Shown piece by piece: positions 56,168 to 64,000 of a stretch of 64,000 bases of DNA (positions are counted from its first letter, which is position 1; each line of letters begins with the position of its first letter). Made by a program: the position numbers and the translations under genes. Source of the stretch: the human T2T-CHM13v2.0 reference genome, Homo sapiens. The notes beneath the pieces were generated by a model. The model worked only from the letters and a program-made list of their open reading frames with translations. It did not search any database and was not told the origin of the DNA. Where the stretch lies: assembly GCF_009914755.1 (NCBI RefSeq), contig NC_060947.1; one strand, written 5' to 3'.

Positions 56168-59100
56168 TATTTGAAAACACTCACTGGTTATCTGCTGGGG
56201 CAGGATTCAGTGTGGTAGGTGCTGGGGAGATGATAATGACACAGATATAATCTCTGGTCTTGAGGAGCTTACAGTCTAGTAGAGAATGCAGACAAGTACA
56301 GGAATAACTATAATGAGAAGAATGTCAGAGGTAAGTCATTTCTCAAGGGAAATTCTGAAGTGGGAATTCTTAATTCTGAGTATGGGGGCTGAGTAATGAA
56401 TAAGGCTTCATGGAGGAGATGGGAGGCAATTGAACTGGCCTTGAAGGATGAGCAAGATTTAAGTAAGAAGGAAGAGAAGGTATGAAATGCACAAGAAGTG
56501 GAATAAGGACAATGAAGATATACTGTAAACAAGTCATCAAAAATTAATTTGTAGAGAAAGAACAGAGTACTGGGTCAAAACCAGCACCAACACAGCTCTG
56601 TAAGCAACTTTCTTGTCTGCTTTGAATAATGCATCTTTCTTTTGTGATGGACCACGATAGAATGATGGGCTTGGCAGAGAGGGGAAAAGCCATGGATGGA
56701 ATTGCTACTCCATCAGAGTAGGATTTATCTCTGATATACCCATCAGAGAGGTTACTTGGGGCAAACTGGAGTTGCACTTGCTCAGCACCTATTGATTCAT
56801 TTATTCACTCATTCACATGATACCAATGTTTCTTGAGCACTCCTGTGTGCCAGGCTCTGGTCATGAAGAGATGCACAAGACTTGGCCCCTGCCCTCAAGG
56901 AGTGAATGGAGATACAGCTATGCAAATGATCAATTATAATGCACTGTGGGAAGAACCATAATAGAGGTGCAGGCAAGGAGCTCCTGCAATCCAGACGGAA
57001 GACAAAGCAAAATCCTAGTCAGCCTCTAACTGATTTCCCTGTCTCCCCTCCCTTCCTGAGCTTTCCATCAGAAATTCAGATCTGATCATGTCATTCCCTT
57101 GCTTAAAAACCATGGTCGGCTCCCCACTGACTGCAGGACTGAGTCCAAACTTGAAAGCAGGACATACAAAGGCCTTCACAGTCTGGCTCAGCTGACTTCT
57201 CCAGCCTTATCGCACACCACGACCTGGGCTACGGCCCCTAAACTGTAGCCACATTGACCTGAAGTGTCTCTCCCCACTCCTCTTTATCTGGTCAATTCTT
57301 CTGTTTCCTTTGAGCCCTTGCTAAATGTTGCCTCTCTACTGTGCCATTCCCAGCTCCCCCAGATGGAGTAAGTTCCTCCTCTGTGTTCCCACAGCTCACT
57401 GCCTCTTGATTCTATCACTTACACATTCTAGTGTAACTGTTTTTGTGCTTGTCTCCTCCACTGGGCAGTGTTCTCCTCAAGGGTGGGAACTGGGCCTTAT
57501 TCTTTTCTTTGTCCCTAAGATTTGGTATGGGCCTGGCACATAGTAGGCGCTCCATACATCTTTGCTGAGTGAATGAATGACTCTGACATGTGGCCAGTCA
57601 GGCCTGGTCATTGTCAGCAGCTGGCATTACTTAACATGAGAGATGCATACAAAATGAAGGGCAGCCAGAGTAGCTGAAAAACAGGCGGCTCTAGTGACAT
57701 CATGAAAAAAACAAACCAAAACTGGGGAAGGCTGAGACAACGCTTCCACTCACGCTTTAACAAATGACTCTCGTTTCTGAGCAGCCCCTTTTTGTCTGCT
57801 CTCCCATTCACTTCCCAAAACCCAGTCATTGAAATGATTCTAATTATTCATGGTCAGTGGCATATACAGGAAACACTTAGTTTACAAGCAATTAAAATAC
57901 ACTAAAATAGATTTATGTAGGTTGAACCTGATCCTGCTGGTAAGAAGGGAGTAAATGACATAGATCTTGGAGGGGTATTTGCTCTCCAAGGTTGCTTTTT
58001 GTCATTCTTTATCTACCTTACACTAGTTTGGTGCTAACATGGCAAGCATCCAGAGGTGTTTCTTAAGGCAAGGGTACTGTGAACATAGCGGGGAGCCTGT
58101 TCCACAGTTGTAGACTTGGTGCTTCCCGGCAGCCAGCTGTCCTGTAAATGTGTGAGTGCCTCCTCTGCCCAGGCCCACATGGCACAGGGGAAAGGCTGGC
58201 TCAGCAGCAGGCAGCACGGAGTAGTAGGAAAGGTCCCCAGCACTGCGATCAGGGGCCTGGTTTCCACCAACACTTAATTCTTCAAGGCTCTGTCGCCACG
58301 TTGGTCAAATGGGGCATGAGTTCCCACCCCACCAACCTTAAAGGGTTGTCTATGAGGCTCACAGGAAGAAATTGTGTGAAAAGGTCTGAGGCTAGATAAA
58401 TGAAGGGGGTTTCATTTTCATTACAAAAACTCTAACTTATGGCTGTTGGGCCCCTCCAAGGCTCTAGATGTGGCTAATGCTCACCAACAGATTAGCAAAG
58501 GCATACTTAGGTTTGTCCCCTAATAGTTTATTTAAGAGTCCACACAAGGATGATTTATCACCTTGCCACACTCAAACCAACAGCATTTTAATGCCCCTCT
58601 AATGAAGAGAGCAGTCACAGCTAAACAAACACACCATTCAGCTGACAACAGACATGGGCGGCAAATGCCTAGCCCATGGAGTTCAGGTGTCCTCAAAGAT
58701 TTTGTGCCATCCTTTCTCACAGCAGGCTCTGCTTCCTTGAGTTTGACTCTAGGGAGAAAAAGGCTTCCTTTTGCTGCTCCACAAAACCTAGAATAACATA
58801 TAGCTAAGCCATTCAATGGGCCAGTGTGATTGGCACAAAATATAGAATGAACAAAATGAAATGGCATATTTCAGCATAAGCTTTTGAGCTAAATTCAGAG
58901 CTACTGCAAAAAGGCCAAAAGGCTGGCACAAAAGCGGGGCAGGGAAGCAAAGGTCATGGAAAACCAGTCAACCAGGTCTGACCTTAAATTATTAAGGCCA
59001 TGAGATACATTAATGGAAACTCGTTTCCTCTTTATCTGCAAAAGGATCCTGGGTTCCTTCATGCTCTGTCACACCTGCCTGCCTTTCCGTTCACCATTCC

Positions 59101-59247
59101 CTTTGCAGAGAATGCCCAGCCCTCCCTTCTCAGCCTAGACCATTCCTACTCAGCTTTCAAGACCCAGCTCAAATGTAACCTCTTTGAAGTCTTTGCTAAC
59201 TCCCCAAAGTCAGAGTTCCTCATTCCCTCCCGTGTGTTTCCACAAGG

Positions 59248-59544
<297 letters not shown>

Positions 59545-61206
59545 ATCCATAAGGCCTTTTACAGCCCTCTGGCCTACTCTGGCATCTTTGTTTACATGCT
59601 GTCCTTCCCCATTGGGCCGTGAGTGCAGCTCTTAGGAGCAAGAACTACATTAGCACAAAGATGCTTTCTTAGCACAACGCAGGGCACAAAGACGGCCCTC
59701 ACTCAAGGCTGGCTGAATAAATGAGCATTTGAGCAAACATGCACTGAACTCACTTGTTAGGTCTGCACAGGACCCAGAGGAAAGGCTCATTAGGCAATGA
59801 TTTGATATGTTACACATGCTTCTTCAACACTGGTTTATCTGATTCGTGACGACCTTGGTTCTGGCAAGCTGCAAGAAGTCTGCTGGCAGAGGCAGCCTGA
59901 CAATGTACCAGTGAGGCAAGGTGTAGGGTGACCTCGTCCAGGCTCTCAGTTTGGTTCTCACAGCACGAAAACACGAGTTGGAAAAGTACTGCTCCCCGCC
60001 CCCACACCCCTCAACTCTCCTGTGCTTGCTTCTCAGGAAGTTGCCCAGCAGCACAGATAGCATCGTTTAGTACATTTGAAAACTGAAAATGCATCCACTA
60101 CCAGAGACGAATGCCTAACGCATGGAGCCTGACCTGGCCAGGGCTCCCACAGAAGCTCTGGCTCAGCATCATAGCTTCTAGTTCTTTTTCCGGTTCTGCT
60201 AATGATGAACCCGATGACTTTGGACATATCAGCTCATTTCACATTCCCTATCATATAGGGAGAATAATGAAGATGTTGCATGGATTGAATCAATGAGAAG
60301 CTTGACTGAGATCCTGGTGGACAGGGGAAGCAGTGGTTGATGCTGGCAGAGCCTGAAGGGTTTTGTTGTTTTGTTTGTTTCTGTTGTTTGTTAAGTGCAA
60401 ATCACTCTGCCTTAAGCCCAGGTGTGCAGTCCATGCAGCAGAAGGGCAGACAAGCAGGCAGGCAGGCACCTCCGAACTGGGCTGCAGCAGAGCCAGTGCA
60501 GGTGGCAGTGTACAGGACTGGATGGGACAGGATGGGATGCTCAGATGCAGGCTGGCCAACAGCTGGTCTCCTGCTCCCCAGTAGGGACCAGGAGCAACAA
60601 GCTCTAAAGGCTGTGCCTACTGGAGCAATTTAGTATTGAAATAAAATAAAACTCATGGCAAAGTCAATCTGACACATCTTTAATGATACACATAATGATT
60701 ATTGTGCTGTACTGTAATTAGGCATAATGATAAGCAGCTCCAAAGAATGACTGTAATTACGATGACATTTACGCAGCTGAACCAAATATTTCTGAGGTCA
60801 GCTAGGATGGAGGTGGGGATTAGGGGTGGTTGGACAGGAGACAGACCAAAAACTTGCTTGCAAGGCATTTCTTTGGTTCTCCTTGTCTCCCCACTCCACC
60901 GCAAGGTGACAGTCCCTCCACCCCTTATTGGGGAACAGAAAAAGGATCTGATGAGGAACCTGGGGCCTGAATGGCTAGCTCCTTTCTCCAGCCAGGGAGA
61001 GGCTATCCTGAAGCTCCTAGGGTTAGGGAATCTGGGATGTCCAGAGGGGCTTCAAGCTGATTAGTCCCCACTTTTCCATAAGGCCTGAAATTTTATCAAG
61101 TAGACTTAAACCTAAAAGTATATGCCTAATGTATGGGCCTTCTTTGGAGCCTGATTTGAACAAATCCATGTAAGGGATATTTTGGGGACAACTAGGTAAA
61201 ATTTAA

Positions 61207-61927
<721 letters not shown>

Positions 61928-63574
61928 GATGATAAGGGATTATTAATTTTGTTGAGTTTGATAATGGTATTGTGTTTATGTTAAGAAAAGGTCCTTATCT
62001 GTTAGAGATACATACTAAAATATTTATCAGCTATGAAATGGTATGATACCTGGGATCAGCTTTAAAATTCTTCAGAAAAAAAATGGGGGATAGAATAAAT
62101 AGGAATAGTAATATTGGCAATTGTTGAAGCTGGGTGATGGGTACATGGGGGTTCATTATACTCTTCTCTCTGCTTTATTTATGTTTGAAAGTTCCCGTAA
62201 TGAAAAGTTAAAAAAGTAATATACCCTAGATTACTCTGGAAGTGAGTCATACATTAGTGAAAATTAGTTTGAGCATGCTAACAACATCTAGTAGACTCGG
62301 ACAGCTACCAGGAATGAGATTTTGGATGGGCAGAGCCAGGAAGGAGGGCAGGTGTATGTTGGAACATGAGCCACTTTTGGGAACTAGGAAGTCCTGGATG
62401 CGGTGGAGAAATATTTGTGAGGGATGGGGAATTTTGAATGGTCAGACAACAGTCTGAAAGTTCTAGGAGAGAAAGCAGGAAGTGAAAGAAGAGAGGAGAC
62501 AGAGTGCAATAGGCACTCATGTTCATGTATTAGGTCTCTCGCTAAGCCTATAAGTTCCTGGAAGTTGGGTCCTGTATCTTAATCATCACTGTCTTCCCTA
62601 GAGCTCTCAGGACATTAGTTTATTGATTTTATTTCATTCATTCATTTATTTAAGAATACTTATTGAGTGCCTATGAATGCAGGCAATCCAAACATGTGTA
62701 TGCAGTAGTCAAAGGAGATATAGCAGTGAACAAAACAAAGTCTCTGCCTTCAGGGAGCTCACATTTTAGTGGGAGGGGACAGATAGTAAATAAACAAGCA
62801 TGTACATGTCAGATGGTGATAAGTGCTGCAGAGGAAAATAAAGTAGGGTAAGGGGTTGGGGAATGCTGGGTAATTAGTTGCTCAGGACCAAACTTGAATG
62901 GCACTTGGGCCCTTAGGAGCTTTTTCAGGTCCCCTCTGCCACCTGGCTTTTGGTCATGTTGGACTCTGTGCCGTTTGTTCCCTGGGTTTCACCAAGGGCT
63001 CCTGGGCCTTTCAGTCTATATATATATGCATATTTTAACCTAATCTTGACTTATTTCTCCCTTCCTACACCCAACTAATCCACATTCCTTTTTGGGAACA
63101 TTCTCCAGGTACCACTTCCTCCAGGAAGTGTTCACAGGTCCTTCCTTCTTCCTACCTCCACACTATTCCCTGCTTGGGTCTTCTCTGCTTCCATAGCACT
63201 CTTGCATAATCTCTACTACAGCACTTTTCACTGTGGATTATAATTGTCTTCCCGACTAGACATTGAGCTCTTTCAGGATAGAGAGTATGTCTTTTTTATC
63301 TCTATATAGCACGGGGCCTAGAACACAGTAGGGATCCTGTACATGCTTGATAAATACATGAATGAACGGATGGATGAAAGAATGAACATGTTCTCTAGCA
63401 GAACATCAGAGACTTGGGAAGCATCCTCACCCTAAATCAAACACTGAGGAAGTAGAGTTGTTAGTATGTGCTTAGATACCAAAAGGAGAAAGGAGATCTG
63501 TATCCTTGGATATGTTTTAAACTCTATGATGATGATGATGATAATTGACATTCAATATTTATTGCATAGACTTA

Positions 63575-63790
63575 TGAGCACAACTGCCTGGGTTTTAATT
63601 TTAGTTGTACCATTTGCTAGCTGTATAATTTGGGGCAAGTTACATAATTTTTTTTGTACCTTAGTTTCCTCATCTGGAAAATGAGGATGATAATAATACT
63701 ATGTATTAAATGAAATAAAGTTCTGCAAAGCACTTAGAATAGTACCTGTAATACAGTAAATACTGTATAAGGATTTGCTATTATTTATTA
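63575..63790 (+). mobile_element. MIR SINE
   Basis: ctgcctgggtt...tggggcaagttac...ttagtttcctcatctggaaaatgaggatgataata. Confidence 0.8.
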
Positions 63791-64000
63791 CGATGAGTCA
63801 GCGACTGTGTTAAATCCTTTAGTTATTCATTCATGTATATTGAGAGCCTGCCAGTTCTAGGCCCTGGAGATTGAGTGCCTTCATGGAGCTTACATTTGAC
63901 CTAACTCCACCCTCACACAATACAAGGGAGATACTATACATATCCCCAACATATAAAAAAGTGAGGCTTAAAGCTATTAAGTGACTTGTCCAAGGTCATA

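Overview
This is primate, almost certainly human, genomic DNA containing the 3' end of the histone deacetylase 8 gene (HDAC8, Xq13.1) on the minus strand. It holds the penultimate coding exon (42623-42728, 106 nt, [35 protein letters not shown]), a ~21.7 kb last intron, and the terminal exon (coding 20943-20965, GNLKHVV*). The 3' UTR runs to an AATAAA at 20420-20425. Positions 42729-64000 are the preceding intron. Positions 1-20400 are intergenic; from recalled gene order they lie upstream of CITED1, but no CITED1 exon is visible here. The rest is mostly Alu, L1, L2, MIR, L3, MaLR/ERVL LTR and DNA-transposon fossils, and nearly all ORFs in the track are spurious. I found no convincing novel multi-gene system. 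The most noteworthy observations are: a frame-preserving alternative donor 93 nt into the last HDAC8 intron; a near-perfect 40-bp-arm palindrome inside a tandem L1-derived array; a 58-bp inverted repeat bracketing 523 bp; a probable tailless 5S rRNA retro-fragment whose target-site duplication was re-hit by L1; a convergent CTCF-like motif pair around the penultimate exon; and several repeat-free, homeodomain-motif-rich candidate enhancers. Repeat subfamily names and boundaries were called by eye and are approximate.
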